Shown in pieces: positions 50,369 to 63,624 of a DNA stretch of 64,000 bases. Location of the stretch: assembly GCA_964016885.1 (NCBI GenBank), contig OZ024742.1, positions 118,296,001 through 118,360,000 of the forward strand, written 5' to 3'. A model generated the notes under the pieces. The model saw nothing but the letters and a program-made list of their open reading frames with translations, made no database searches and was not told the DNA's origin. The stretch's first letter is position 1; every line of letters begins with the position of its first letter. The position numbers were made by a program, and so were the translations under genes. This DNA is from Eledone cirrhosa (lineage: Eukaryota).

Positions 50369-51699
50369 TATTTGTTGGCTTCTTTGAAGACAAACAATTA
50401 TTTTTGTTTAGTTCATGTTTCGTTATTCTTGTATTAGTTTTCCATTTTTCTATGATAAGTATTTCTGTTGTATTTCAGTGAATATTTTATAATAATTTTA
50501 TAGTTGCATAAGGCTACTACCTTTCTGAATACGTTGTAAATATATTCTTCCAATATCAGATTTGTGGTCGTGTATTCTAAATGTTGTCATTATTATTGTT
50601 GATTTGGTGTCTAGTTTTGCTATTTCGATTAATTCCCCATTTAAACATACTATAACTGTAATTCATTATTGTGTTAACTAGATTACTGATGTTTATTACA
50701 TAATTTCTTATATTTAGATTTGTTTAGAGATTAATCTATTGCGTCTATGATATTTCTTCCTGAACTTTTTCTGTTTTACACTATCTAGTTCATTGATTCT
50801 TAAGTGTCTGTATTTTTGTGTTTCATCTCATTCTCTTATCTCAATTTCTTTATTTAGCATGATATAAGTACTTTTAATTAATGTTCCTCTCGTCAAGGTT
50901 GCTTGGAGTAATTTACTAGATTGCATATCAATTTCTCAAGTAAATCCATCCACTATCTGTAGTAATGTTTCTATCATCAGTTGAAATCGTTCATGTACAA
51001 AAGATAGTTGATTGACTTACCATAGCATTTGTAGACCAGTCGATTCCTGCATACCATGCTGGTTGAAGGTGTAGATAGCAAACAAAAGAGGAGTGAAGAG
51101 AGAGATTCCCTTGAAGTATTCATCTTTTGTCTCTATCTGCAAAATATTCGCCATTTATTCGTGATATTTATGATGTATTTTTGTATTATTGGTGCTATCT
51201 CAGTCATGATTAATGCTTATAGAATCCACACGTGAGGATTACGGTTCAAACTTGTCTTTCTTTTTATGTAGGCTTCGGTTATGGCTTTCTTGGTCAGTAA
51301 TTGTTCTTTCAACCGTATGATCCTTTTAAACATCTCTTCTGAACTTCTGAAAGTAGATGTTTCCCCGGGTGTTTGTTTAATTTCTGAGATATCATTGCAT
51401 TTAATGCTTTGTTGGTTGTAGAAAGTTACGTTATGGGTTTGAAGTTTTGGGTGTTTGCTATATCTTGAGATAATGTTCACCTCTATGAGCATCTCCAACT
51501 CCCATCAGTATCTCATTAATTATTTTCTGCTAGCATATTATATGGCTTACTGAACCATATTGCTAAGCCGGTGAACCTCAAAATATTTATTTGGGAGTAG
51601 TCGCCGTTTATATCACGAATAGACGTCTGGAATCATTCTTGGGAACTTCTCGCTTGTTAGTACCAGTGAACCACTAGAGTAGTATTTTCGGACACATGT

Positions 51700-52450
51700 T
51701 GAAGTTTTATAAGAGTAGTCGGTAGGCGAGAATGTATAATGACCTCTCTGTTAAGTACCCACATGATTTCGTTATTGTTCCAATACGGACATAGAAAGAC
51801 CACATCGAGTCATCCTGACTGCATCTAAATAGAGTATTTATTATGTCAGCGAATAAGAATAGTGAGAATTGTCCACAATTTTAATTGATTGGTAGGATAG
51901 GCAGACCACAAGTTTTATTAGCAAACTCACCCCAGCAAACTCACTTAGACAGCGACCGATTACTGGAAGCTGTACGAAAAGCTATACTAATTAGATTAGT
52001 ATTCGGATGGGATTTGACTGGAACGATGGTATATTCGATGTTTAGTGTAGAGTCTATAGGACATAAAGAATCGGCAACAGAAAACAAGAGATTTGAAAGT
52101 GTGATAATCAGCAGGTTAAAGCAGACAAGTAGAAAAGGTATCTTATCCAACATGCTAGCAGTAAAAGTTCCGGTCAAATATTTCTTCGATGCAAAGCAGG
52201 AAAGTCACGGGTCCTCATAGACACAAAACATCGAAAGTTATTCGATAGACTCGTGTGGAGGAGACATTATATGAAAAGAAAGCAAGAAAATCTTTGATAC
52301 ACACACAAGGGGTGAAGGCGTAGTTCAAAAAACACTTTACCTGATTGCTTAATGTTAATGGCAATGTGCACAGAGTATCTCCACAGCCTTCTTTGACTCT
52401 CTTCATTAAAAAAACACGATAACGGAAACTGATATAGGATTAACGATGTG
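51700..52450 (+). mobile_element. Old degenerate Tx1 ORF2 fragment
   Basis: ..VESIG..ENKRFES..VKYFFDAKQE resembles VESI..EKNKIER..LDQFFDAKHE of copy 2. Confidence 0.55.
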
Positions 52451-52665
52451 AGGCTGTACGAGTAGAAACTCGCCTGGTTTAGATGGTTTAACAACAAACT
52501 TTATAGTTTAAGGATATATTGATCTGCCTGAGGACTACACCAAATACCCACCCATTTACTCAATATTTCAATAAGTAGGCAATTCAATAGATGGAATACT
52601 CATCGTCGAAATCAATGGAGGTCTAGTTACTTTACATATATGTGCGTGTATAACAGTAAAATATT

Positions 52666-52878
52666 GGATTGGCAGTATCGGTAGAGCGTAGGACAACATA
52701 CTTTATGGCATAGGGTTACGCCCCTTTACGATCTGAGTTCAAATCCCGCCGAGGTTAGCTTTTCCTTTCATCTTTACGGGGTCGATAAATAAAGTACCAG
52801 TAACGAACTGGGATCGATTTAATCGACTTTCCACAAGGCTAAATTACTGGACTTGCGCCTATAGTAGAAATCATTATA
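52666..52878 (+). mobile_element. SINE family A (long subtype)
   Basis: Family match. Confidence 0.88.
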
Positions 52879-53281
52879 ATCTTTCAAATATTTAAGTTTC
52901 TTTGTGGGTGCGTTAGTTTGTAAATGAAATCAATTTACAAAAGCTATTTTGAGAAGAATGTCTCTGCTTAAGTAAAGTTAATATTTGGTAATGTTTCGTT
53001 AAATGAACTGGAAACATAATCTAATAAACAGTAGTTCATAACTACAGAGTTACAATGTCCTTGACATTACAAACATAAATGATCTGTTTTCAACTTCTGA
53101 CAATCACTCTTCACCTTTCTCAGTATCACACAAACACTTCACCTATTTGCTCTTCTATCATCCATCACCTGTAATCTCCCACGGTCACATGCTGTATCTT
53201 GTCATGCGTATTAATCTCCTGATTTTCTTGCAAAATCCACATCTCAGACAAGAATTTCAGGCATTTATAATTCAACACATA

Positions 53282-53371
<90 letters not shown>

Positions 53372-53636
53372 TTTTTTCTCTCTCTCTTCCTCTCTCGCTC
53401 TTTCTATCTATCTATCTATCTCTTCCTCTCTCTCTCTTCTTCTCTCTCTCTCTCTTCCTCTCTCTCTCTCTCACCCACACACGCACTTAGGCAAGTTTGA
53501 TAGAAATATGCTTTGTAGTATAAAAGAAAATCGTGTACAATATTGGAATCCATATATATACATCTCGAGTGCATGGAGAATCGTGGACATAATTACTATG
53601 ATTAAACGATATATGTAACCTCAGAATCTTATTTTG

Positions 53637-53870
<234 letters not shown>

Positions 53871-54206
53871 TGGATGAAGGTATGTGTGTATATATAGGTG
53901 TAAGTGCACTAAATCCCTTTCTATCACGCTCCACTCACCTACCCACCACAGGAAGATATGTGTATGTATATTGCTTCCACCCCCTCACTGACCAGCAGCT
54001 GGCCAGTTGGCGATTGCTAAATCTGACCTTTATAAAATAACCCACACCCCAAATAACTTCTCATTCACTACCAGAAAGGGACACAGCAGTCAACTTGTTG
54101 CTACCTAGATGAAAACTGGTATGAAATCCCACAATGAATTTTATACTTGAATTTTAAAATCTCAAATTTTAACTCTTCGTATTATTAATTTTTCTTAATA
54201 TTAATC

Positions 54207-54254
54207 AACATTTGAAAAGATGGCTTTTGCAGACCCATCGAAACCGGTCATTTT
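54207..54254 (+). ncRNA. Degenerate hammerhead motif
   Basis: TTGAAAA (in place of CTGAAGA)-GATGG..CCATC-GAAAC-CG-GTC. Confidence 0.45.
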
Positions 54255-54354
54255 TTATACCCTTTATTATTTCCTTACCTTATTAAATTATGTTTTTTCA
54301 CAAAAAAGTATTCTGTCTCTTATATATTCCATGTGCCATTACCAACCTCAATTT

Positions 54355-54446
<92 letters not shown>

Positions 54447-54512
54447 TCACCTCATTTACACGAGTATATATTCTCACCTGTCTTCTAGTCCAGCAGTCAC
54501 AAGCGGTGGGAG

Positions 54513-54560
54513 GGACCGTCCTGACGAAGGCCAGTTAAGCCTGAAATGCATAGACTGTTG
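54513..54560 (+). ncRNA. Minimal type I hammerhead ribozyme
   Basis: gaccgtc-CTGACGA-AGGC-cagttaa-GCCT-GAAA-TGCA-TA-gactgtt. Confidence 0.8.
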
Positions 54561-54753
54561 TCCACCTTGCTTCTGCTGGGCATCACCGGAGGGCGTTAGC
54601 ATAGCTACAGCTTCCTAAAACCGTATTTCTTTGGAGATATTTATACATATATTTATACATATATTGTTAGTATTCCTAACAAGCTCATATGTCCCAAGGC
54701 TCTGATACCATCAACACTATACACACAGAGCTGGCATATCTAAGAACTGACTA

Positions 54754-54809
54754 ACTGCCTGATGAGGTCATAGTCATTCAATGGCTAATATCGAAATATA
54801 TATAGCAGT
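54754..54809 (+). ncRNA. Minimal type I hammerhead ribozyme
   Basis: ACTGC-CTGATGA-GGTcaTAGTCAT-tca-ATGGCTAatATC-GAAA-TATATA-TA-GCAGT, followed by AATAAA. Confidence 0.82.
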
Positions 54810-55035
54810 AAATAAAGGATTATGAGTTCATGCAATTGACTTATGTTTCGTCACTATCATATATATATATATATATATATATGGAATTGTTTGCCAATTC
54901 ATCATTATTTTAACAGTAAATATATATTAAGGAACTAATATATTCTTTATATCAAGCATTCTCTGCAACAATTCGGCTCCGATTGCGATCCTATTGCATA
55001 GTATTTCGGCCATTCAACTCCTATACAGATTCAGT

Positions 55036-55087
55036 GAATGTCACTGATGAGAGATTAAATGAATCTTGAAACAGCTATTTGTCATTC
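55036..55087 (+). ncRNA. Type I hammerhead motif with one stem III mismatch
   Basis: GAATGtCA-CTGATGA-GAGATT-aaatg-AATCTT-GAAAC-AGCT-ATT-TGtCATTC. Confidence 0.7.
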
Positions 55088-55723
55088 TCAACGGCTACTG
55101 AGATATCTCTGACATGTTCACAGGGCAAAAGTGAGAATTTTTTTTTATAGCGATTCTTTCATGTTTATTTCATATAAATATATAGATTATGCTTTCATTT
55201 ATAACCCTAATATGCTTAACGTTGTCTTGGTGCTACAGCCAATATATATCTATCTATAAATATATATGTATGTGTGTGTGCGTGTGTGTGTGTGTGTGTG
55301 TGGAATCATCATCGTTTTTTGGTCCGCTTTTCCACTCTTGTATGGGTATATATATATATATATCAAGAATCGCTGCTTTCACCCTTAACGGGATCTTCTG
55401 AAACTAAAAAAATCAATCTGTGGACGCAGAAGTAAATATTTCGAAAAACGTTACAACTGAAGGAAAACAGGAAGATGATACTTTGGTTCGTGAAAACGTT
55501 ACCTGGCAATTATCAGAGAAAAACGAGGATTATTACGTCGTTGTGTAGAGCGGAAGAAGAACAATTTCTTGCAAAGACAAAAACACATTTATGGTATAAA
55601 AGGAGTCGTTAGACTAATATTTGCTCTACGGGCTTTTATATATATATATTTATATATAATCCTTATCGAGCCCTCTTGGGATTTTAGTCTTCACATTTAT
55701 TATATATATATATATATATCACC

Positions 55724-55858
<135 letters not shown>

Positions 55859-56075
55859 GATGTAAAATCTCGTCCGCGGCGCCAAATGGTTTCGGCTTGT
55901 ATGTTCAGTAAGCCTTTTCAAGGAGATATATTAGCCAAAGACACATCAAATTAACGACACTTTATTGTCTGCATATGTTTCAATTGGTGTAGATAAGAAT
56001 ACAATGAAGATGACAACTATTAATAAGAAGTAAACATTAATGATAGCTGCATTAACAATACAGAGTACACTGATA

Positions 56076-56228
56076 ATATATCAGATCATCTACACTCTTC
56101 AGGAACGATCAAAAGTTGTTAAACATATCTTACAAATTTATATTGGCAATAACTCAATATAAATTGGCAAAATATGTTTAAAAACTGTTTATCGTTTCTG
56201 AAGAGATTTTGTAAATGATCTCATATAT
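56076..56228. repeat. ~150-bp palindrome with an outward-facing CTGAAGAG box on both arms
   Basis: gatcatctacactcttcaggaacgat..aaacatat mirrors atatgttt..atcgtttctgaagagattttgtaaatgatc. Confidence 0.7.
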
Positions 56229-56248
56229 GATGATTGCATTATATATTA

Positions 56249-56468
56249 TGGTGGATTTGGAGTGTCGGTAGAGCGTTGGAGACCCTGCTTCGCGGCATTG
56301 AGTTACGGGCCTTTACGTTCTATGTTCAAGTCCCGCCGAGGTTAGCTACGCCTTTCATCCTTACGGGGTCGATAAAATAAGGCACCAGTAATACACTGGG
56401 ACCGATTTAATCGACTTTTCCCCTCCCTTTCATATTGCTGTCTTTGTGCCTAAAGTAGAAACAATTAT
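56249..56468 (+). mobile_element. SINE family A (long subtype)
   Basis: Family match. Confidence 0.88.
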
Positions 56469-56475
56469 ATATTAA

Positions 56476-56595
56476 TAGCAGAAAAACCACCCTTCGGGTG
56501 GTTTTCTCCTGGCATGTGTAGTGTATATTGATATTATACGCATGTATATATGCATGTAGATATGATACATGAAATAAAATCGTAATTGACAATAT
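56476..56595 (-). mobile_element. Helitron-like 3' terminus, copy 1
   Basis: tagcagaaaaaccacccttcgggtggttttct hairpin; homologous to 57592-57710. Confidence 0.5.
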
Positions 56596-56956
56596 ACACA
56601 GAAATTGAACGAAGACTGCGTTACACTGTCTTATGTAATCAGTAAAGTAATCCATGATACATTAAAGAAAACGATATTATATATAAACTGCATTAGGAGA
56701 AAATTAGTGACAGAAATATATGAATATTTATTTAAGCGATCACTAACCGGAAGTGCTGACATTTAAATATTTTAAAGAAGTGAATCTTTAAATAAGTAAT
56801 AAAATATATTTAATGAGCAGCCACGAAATTTAGTAGATAAATTATGTAATATTCATTCATTATTTATTCAAAGTAATCCAACTTATTTTACTAATGGGAT
56901 AAAAAAAATTATAAACCGTACGCAGTCCCGCGCTCCTTACTTTATTATAGTTTAGA

Positions 56957-57172
56957 TGGGGGTTTTGCAGTATCGGTAGAGCATGGGACAACCCTGTTCG
57001 CGGGATTGAGTTACGGCCCTTTACATTCCTGGTTTGAATCCTGTCGAGGTTAGCTTTACCTTTCATACTTACGGGGTCGATAAAATAAAGTACCAGTCAC
57101 GCACTGGGTTGATTTAATCGACTTTCCCCCTCCTCCAAAATTGCTGATCTTGTGCCTAAATCAGAAACAATT
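56957..57172 (+). mobile_element. SINE family A (long subtype)
   Basis: Family match. Confidence 0.88.
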
Positions 57173-57591
57173 CTATATTCATAATGCAATTATTATTAAT
57201 GTTAACATTTTAATATCAATTGTGATCTTCATTGTATTCTTATCTACACTAATTGAGACATATATAAGTTAAAACAATGAAATAAAAAATCAAGTCATTA
57301 GAGATATACTTCACTACTTTACGATCGTTTCTAGATGATGATAATACATTGTATCTATACTCAGCTATTGATCTATGTAAGTTTACAAACTATCAGATAG
57401 AGAGAATATTTACTTATATGCATATCACTCGACATATGTAGTAAGTAAATGTTGTTAGTTTGATATATAGATCTTGGGCTACCTTTTTACTAATGTTATA
57501 TTACGATTTGTTGCAGTTTAATATTCAGTTGTCCTGATCCTACAAAATATTTCACCATTTTGGAGTATTTCGACTTGTATCATTACTGGTG

Positions 57592-57710
57592 ACTAGCAGT
57601 AAAACCGCCCGGGCGGTTTTCTGCTAGCGTATGTAGTGTGCATATTGGTATTATACGCAAATATATGTGCATATAGATATATGTAAATTGAAAAGTAAAT
57701 TGACAATATC
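57592..57710 (-). mobile_element. Helitron-like 3' terminus, copy 2
   Basis: ACTAG followed by the hairpin aaaaccgcccgggcggtttt. Confidence 0.55.
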
Positions 57711-58330
57711 TTCTTTTTCACCCACTTATTTCTGAGTCCTTCTCAAACATTCCTTCCAGCGAGTCCGTCAGTAGCAAACATCTCTAACTGATCCAGCCGG
57801 ATCCCAAAGCGTGACCAGCCAAGCTCATGGATGTTATCCAACTATCTTGCTCAAGGTCTACCTCTGGGACTCTTGCCGGTTGGTTTTGCCTGTAAAATGT
57901 GTCCAGCGATTCTTTACTGAGACATTCTAATCACATGCTCATAATATCGGTGTTGTGATCTCTCAATTCGGAGAAGTAGCCGCTCTGCTAGGAGTGACTC
58001 TCTTGTCTCTGAGTTATGCACTTTATCGAGTAACGTTACTCCAAAGACTCTTCGGAGGAATCTCATTTCTGCCACTTTTATTTGCAATTGTATTCTTTTG
58101 GTCATTACTCAAGATTCATGATCCTCGGTAACAGTTGGCAGGAATACCAGGAAGACAGCGAGTTTGGCTTTTACACCTACCCCCATTCACCTGAATGCTG
58201 AATGCTGAGGCTGGCGCTTTACTGCATCAGCTTTTGCAATTCTTGCACTTAATTCAGCCTCCTGCATTCCATCACTCATGAACATGGCTCCAAGATACTT
58301 GAACTTCTCTAACTGCTTCAATAGAACTCC
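57710..58330 (-). mobile_element. RTE-clade LINE 3' fragment
   Basis: EKFKYLG..AEMRFLRRVFGVTLLDKV..LLLRIERSQ..HVIRM..RGRP. Confidence 0.85.
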
Positions 58331-59117
58331 ATACACATGTATATAAATTTGAGGGACTTCTTAGCACCCGTCCATCACGCAATGTGTATGTGTGTTTGTG
58401 TGAATGTATGTGTGTGTAAAAGGAAGGAAAGGGATACACAGATATATATGTCTAACTTAAAAAGAGTGACACACACGTGTCTCTAATTTAAGAACGCCGA
58501 AAAACTCACGCGCGTGCACATACACACTGTCTTATTACCACTCAAGAGCTTAGGCCCAGCCAAACATCCCCTTAATTTTGTAACCGTCTGGGTTGTCCTG
58601 AATTGATGGGAAAAGACTTGACGGTCTTACTCTGTGCTCCTGGTCAAGAGATAGGTGCCTTACCTGGGACGTCACAGTTAGTGACTCTTTTGCTTCTTAC
58701 CACATTGTATGTATGTATGTGTAAATGTAAATGCGTTAGTGGGGAGAAAGTGTAGACGTTATTGTGGTGGTGGCGGCAGTGAAATGTATCTAGTTCATTT
58801 GGCTGTTTTCTTCTATTTTCAAAATTTGAAATTTAGCCAAGTTACATTAGGATGTAAGTAAATGTAAAATGTAAAATCTAAATAAAGATTGCTCTGGGAA
58901 AATATATGAAAATATTTGAGTAACTTCCACAACTTCTGTCAGGATATTTCCCGAGTCTAGTGAGCAAGGATTTTGTTGTATTTTGATGTTTCAGAATCCA
59001 AAAATTAATCAAAACTTACCCTACGAAAAGACAGCGGGTGTTGTCCGATCTATAAGCTCCATATACATACAAGTTATGCTTTCGGAAAGCTAGAAAGGCG
59101 CCTCTGGGGTTGGCGAG

Positions 59118-59957
59118 GTAGAGGTGTACAAGGCATGTGTGCTCTCTTCTCTTCGTTATGCCTGCGAGACCTGGGTCACATATCGACACCACCTTAAAGA
59201 ATTGGAGCGTTTCCATCAGATGTGTCTCAGACGGATCCATGGAGTTCACTGGAACGACAACATCAGTGATGTCGAGATTTTGGAAAGCTCTCTGTGTGAC
59301 AGTATAGAAGCTCTTGTGCTTAAGCAAAGACTCCGTTGGAGTGGTCACCTTGCCAGGATGAAGGATTCTAAAATACCAAAATAACTCTTTTATGGAGAGT
59401 TAGTTAAAGGAAAACGACCTCCACATAAACCAAAAAAGAGGTATAAGGATTCGTTGAAAGCCTCTTTGAAAGACGCTAACATCTCTGCTGATACATGGAT
59501 AAATGTTGCTGCTGATCGTAATAAATGGAGAAAGACTGTATATGAGGGGAAAGCTGCCTTTGAGGTATCTCGAATCGCATACGAGAAAGTAAATAGGGAT
59601 GTGAGGAAGGGCATTACTGTTACATTTCCAGACGGCGACGGTCCTCTTATGGCGCTGACATGCAGCGTCTGTGCGAGACTCTTCCTCAGCAAAGCTGGAT
59701 TCGAAAGTCATCTTCGCAGTCATAAAGTGAGACCAGTGGTTGACTACCAGGCTGCTGTTGGAGATGCTACTCATCATGCCTGCCAAGCATGTGGTAGAGA
59801 ATCTAAATCAGCAGGAGGGCTCAAGCAACATGCAAAAGTACATGAACTCCAACCACAGCCGGCTATTCCCAGTGAATGTTTTGGTTACCAACTCTGTGCA
59901 AGACATTTTAGATCATTGGCTGGGCTAAAAAGCCACAAACGATCGCAGCTCTGTTAA
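59118..59957 (+). mobile_element. RTE-clade LINE 3' part with three C-terminal C2H2-like zinc fingers; one in-frame stop at 59382
   Basis: VYKACVLSSLRYACETW..LERFHQMCLRRI..RLRWSGHLARM..PK*LFYGEL; CSVC..HLRSH, CQAC..HAKVH, YQLC..HKRS. Confidence 0.85.
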
Positions 59958-60024
59958 TTGTTATCGTGTGTGTGTGTGTGTGCATGTGTGTATGTATATG
60001 TATATATAGATATGTATATATGTA

Positions 60025-60059
<35 letters not shown>

Positions 60060-61629
60060 TATTTTTATTATTATTATTGTTGTTGTTATTATTATTGTCG
60101 TTATTGGGTTGTTTTTTTCGTGCAATGGCCATACTCGATAACGAGGGGGCAGCCATCATGTATGTATGTATTATGTGAGGTCGCTCTTCAGCGCTACTTG
60201 TAACATGTAGCCCAATATAACCTGTACATGGTCGGGTCGTTTGCGACCACACCGGCAAACCCAACAAGCTTGCTTGGTGAGGAAGGTGATTTTGGACACA
60301 CTGCAGGGTGGAAAACAAGTCCCGTCAAAGGACGGAGGAACTCAGGTGAGTCAACGGCCATTCAATAAAGATTTGTGTGTGTATGTGTGTAGCGAGAGAC
60401 TCCTAGTCTTCATTAAGATATCTCTCAAAGAGGTCACTCTGATATAAAACCTGCGACTTCGTTTGCATTGAATGGTGTAGACCAGTTCTACGTTTGGGGT
60501 AAATGTATTCAATGTTCAGATGTGGGATTGACCCCGTGCATCGCCTTTCCTCACTTAAAAAAAACTTCAAGCATAGACATCACTTGATATGTGACATTTT
60601 TTGTGATGCCTGACATGGCTGACTGCAAGACTAAGAAATCACATTTGGATGCTCATGCTTAAGAATCAAGCGATGGCATTATTCGAAATCGAGTTGCAGC
60701 CATCATTTATGTATGTATGTATGTTTGTTTGTTTGTACGTATACATGCATGTATGTATGTGCGTATGTGTGTATGTATGTATTGTGTTATATGAATGAAA
60801 GAAAGATAATATATACATTGGCGAGGAATTTACGTATTATATCGCTAAGCCAATCATATCTTCGGACATAGCAAATGTAATTCCAAGAATTGGAAATTTT
60901 CAGAAAATGGATCAAAACAAACTGCAACAAATGCTACAATATGAAATATCCTTAGCCTTGAGCTAAATGTGATCAGTGGCACACGATTGAAGGATGAATA
61001 TGTTACTCGTAGCAAATCCTTTAGTTAGGCTTTCTTGTTTTCTTTTTTTTTTCTTTTTTCCACGCATGTATAGAGACAACGTTTTATCTCAATCGACTTT
61101 AAATTTTTTTTTCGTAGAAAATTTTAGCACGGCTTCAATTTGCTAGTTATATATTTTCTTTCTTTTTTAATATCTGCTAATTATTGTCTCTTTGGCATGA
61201 TATGTTGGAAGATCGTTTATCTTTCAACGGATGTCTAAAGAATAAAACAAAAAGAACGTAAGATAACATTTGTACATGTCAATCTAATCAATTACTACTG
61301 GGTAATAGATCACAGGGAATAAAATATTTTGTTGGTTTCTAAAAGCAAAAGATAAATTATATAATTACTCTAATCTCAGTTTAGCATTGAATAATGGAAA
61401 ACCATTTTTGTTGCCCGCCCTCTTCTTTTGACTCATCTATAAAAAAATAAAAAATGAACAAGCATTATTTTGCATGGTGCAATATTCATTCTGAATTCAA
61501 ATTCCTTTCAGTGTGTGTATATGAAGTAATTTATGAATGGACCCGTAACTCAAGTTCAAGTCGCATGGGTACTTTTCTGATATACGGTGTCTTAGACATT
61601 TTTTGAACCTGGTGGAACCCATCTCTTTC

Positions 61630-62035
61630 AATACGATCGTTAATACAAGCGGCCGAAATGGGGTTCCTCCAAAGGGTCTTTGGAGTAGCGTTACTCGATA
61701 CAGTGAGTAGCTCAGATATCAGAAAGCCATTCCATGTACAGCCGCTACTTCTCCGAATTGAGAGATCACAGCTCGGATACTATGGGCATGTGGTTAGAAT
61801 GTCTCAGGAAAAAATCACTAGACAGATTTTACGGGCAAAACCAACCGGTAGGAGACCCAGGGGTAGACCCTAAGCAAGATGGTTGGATAACATCCATGAG
61901 CATGGCTGGTCTCGCTTGGGGATCCAGGCCGATCAGTTGGAGATTGGTTGCTTCTGACAGGACTAGCTGGAAGGAGTCTTTGAGGATTCTACCCCCATGA
62001 ACCTCTAAGGAATAAGTGGGCAAAGAAGAAAAAGA
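61630..62035 (+). mobile_element. RTE-clade LINE 3' fragment, same family as 57710-58330
   Basis: AAEMGFLQRVFGVALLD..PLLLRIERSQLGYYGHVVRM..GRRPRGRP; shared 3' end aataagtggg. Confidence 0.85.
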
Positions 62036-63003
62036 GCATCTTAAACAAGCGTACTGCTGAAATTATTAAGACTCATCCCTTATTGGTGGAGAGGATTGAC
62101 TAAGAATCGCTAAACGTTTAACCCTATCTGAAACAAACACTAAATATTTATAAATAGTATCTCTATTTAACATTAAATGTTTAAGATGTAACGTAGTAAA
62201 GTTTTGACTCAGTAGTGCTGGTCGACGAAAATAAAATGTATTGCTTCGTGCTTCCGTTATTTAGAACGTTGAACTTGACAGTCGTGTTATCTATGTAGTG
62301 CTTAGTGAATCAACTCAGAATCAGTGATAGGATCAGAACCGTCAACCCTTCTGCTAGCAGGCTGGCGCCCTTTTAAAGAGCTGCGACTTCATTTATACTC
62401 GGATACTCTATATATACAGGATATGTGTTTTCATTATCATCATTTGAATATTTACTCATCCACTGAGTCATTGCTTCTCTTCTGCTGAGACTTCTAAAAA
62501 TCTCGACATATTTTACTATTTTTCTACAGCCGGCAAGTATGAAATGATGGAGGTTAACCTTAAAGTCGACCCTTGCAATATTTGACCTTGACGTAAAAGA
62601 TGAACATGGAAGGAGGAAATTAAATGCTGTGTTGCATTTTTTAGCCGTAGTTCCCCTGTTCTTGTCGCTTTCATTATACTTTCTGTTCCAGAAATATTGT
62701 TTTTTAAACAGTCAAGTTCTGTACACGTTTTAAATAATCAACTTAATCAATATCACTTAATTACAATCAGTTATTTTCAATATCCGGGTCACTGGAATAT
62801 ATGCCTTCCAATATTTGTTCCGATTCTTTACATTAAGTTCAAATTCCATCGAAGTCAATTTTACTACTCATCCTTTTGAGCTCTATAAATAAGGTACTAA
62901 TTCAGGACCTTATTCTGGCACTTTTTCTCACTTTCTATTTGGTTGTCTTTCTCCATGGAAGATATCAGCTATGTTCAGACCTCGAGAGGGATTGGTTGCA
63001 TCA

Positions 63004-63076
63004 TCATGTTTTTAAAATGTCCAAAACACAATGTATGTCATGACTGTGCTCCTGCGACTCTACCGGGGGCTGTGAG
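63004..63076 (-). CDS. Candidate terminal coding exon of an unidentified gene
   Basis: Strong acceptor tttccttctttccttcag; phase-compatible with 63498-63624; encodes (G)SQPPVESQEHSHDIHCVLDILKT*. Confidence 0.4.
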
Positions 63077-63497
63077 CTGAAGGAAAGAAGGAAATTAAAC
63101 GTTCTGTAGTTTCTGCAGTTATTTCTCCTTCTACGAAAAAATATTAATATAAGTAAATATTAATATATGATTATCATGAAGAAATCTTGTTTCTTTTTTT
63201 CTGTTAATAATCAATTACATTCAAGTCTTCCTATTATACACAGCTATTTTTGGCCATTTAGTTTGTACTTAGCTTCCAGCATCAATACAACGTTTTAGAT
63301 TATCAACAGCGTGTTCAAAAACTCAAAGATAATCAAATATACTTACTGTTCGTTCATTAGTGTCACTAATTAAGATCTACAGTGATGAACGTAAAACAGG
63401 TATAGGCTCCGACTCTATCACATGGTTTTGATTTTGATTCTCTGGTAAGTAGCTGTGATATTTTATTGATGCTCAATAAAATACCATAGCTACTTAC

Positions 63498-63624
63498 CCA
63501 GAGAAAGACGGGCATAAACTTCTTTTCATTGTCTTCACGTTAATAAAATGAATTGAGTCAATTGACTGTATCTCTGCAGTTATGTACCTTGCGCCAATGA
63601 AGAAATTATTACTCTTTAAACATC
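63498..63624 (-). CDS. Candidate internal exon (127 bp) of an unidentified gene
   Basis: Acceptor atatttcag and donor GG|GTAAGT; open frame CLKSNNFFIGARYITAEIQSIDSIHFINVKTMKRSLCPSFS(G). Confidence 0.45.

Noticed and set aside
50400-51500. A-rich minus-strand region with ORF 51217-51498
   Set aside because: Probably an old LINE remnant, but I could not identify any diagnostic motif.
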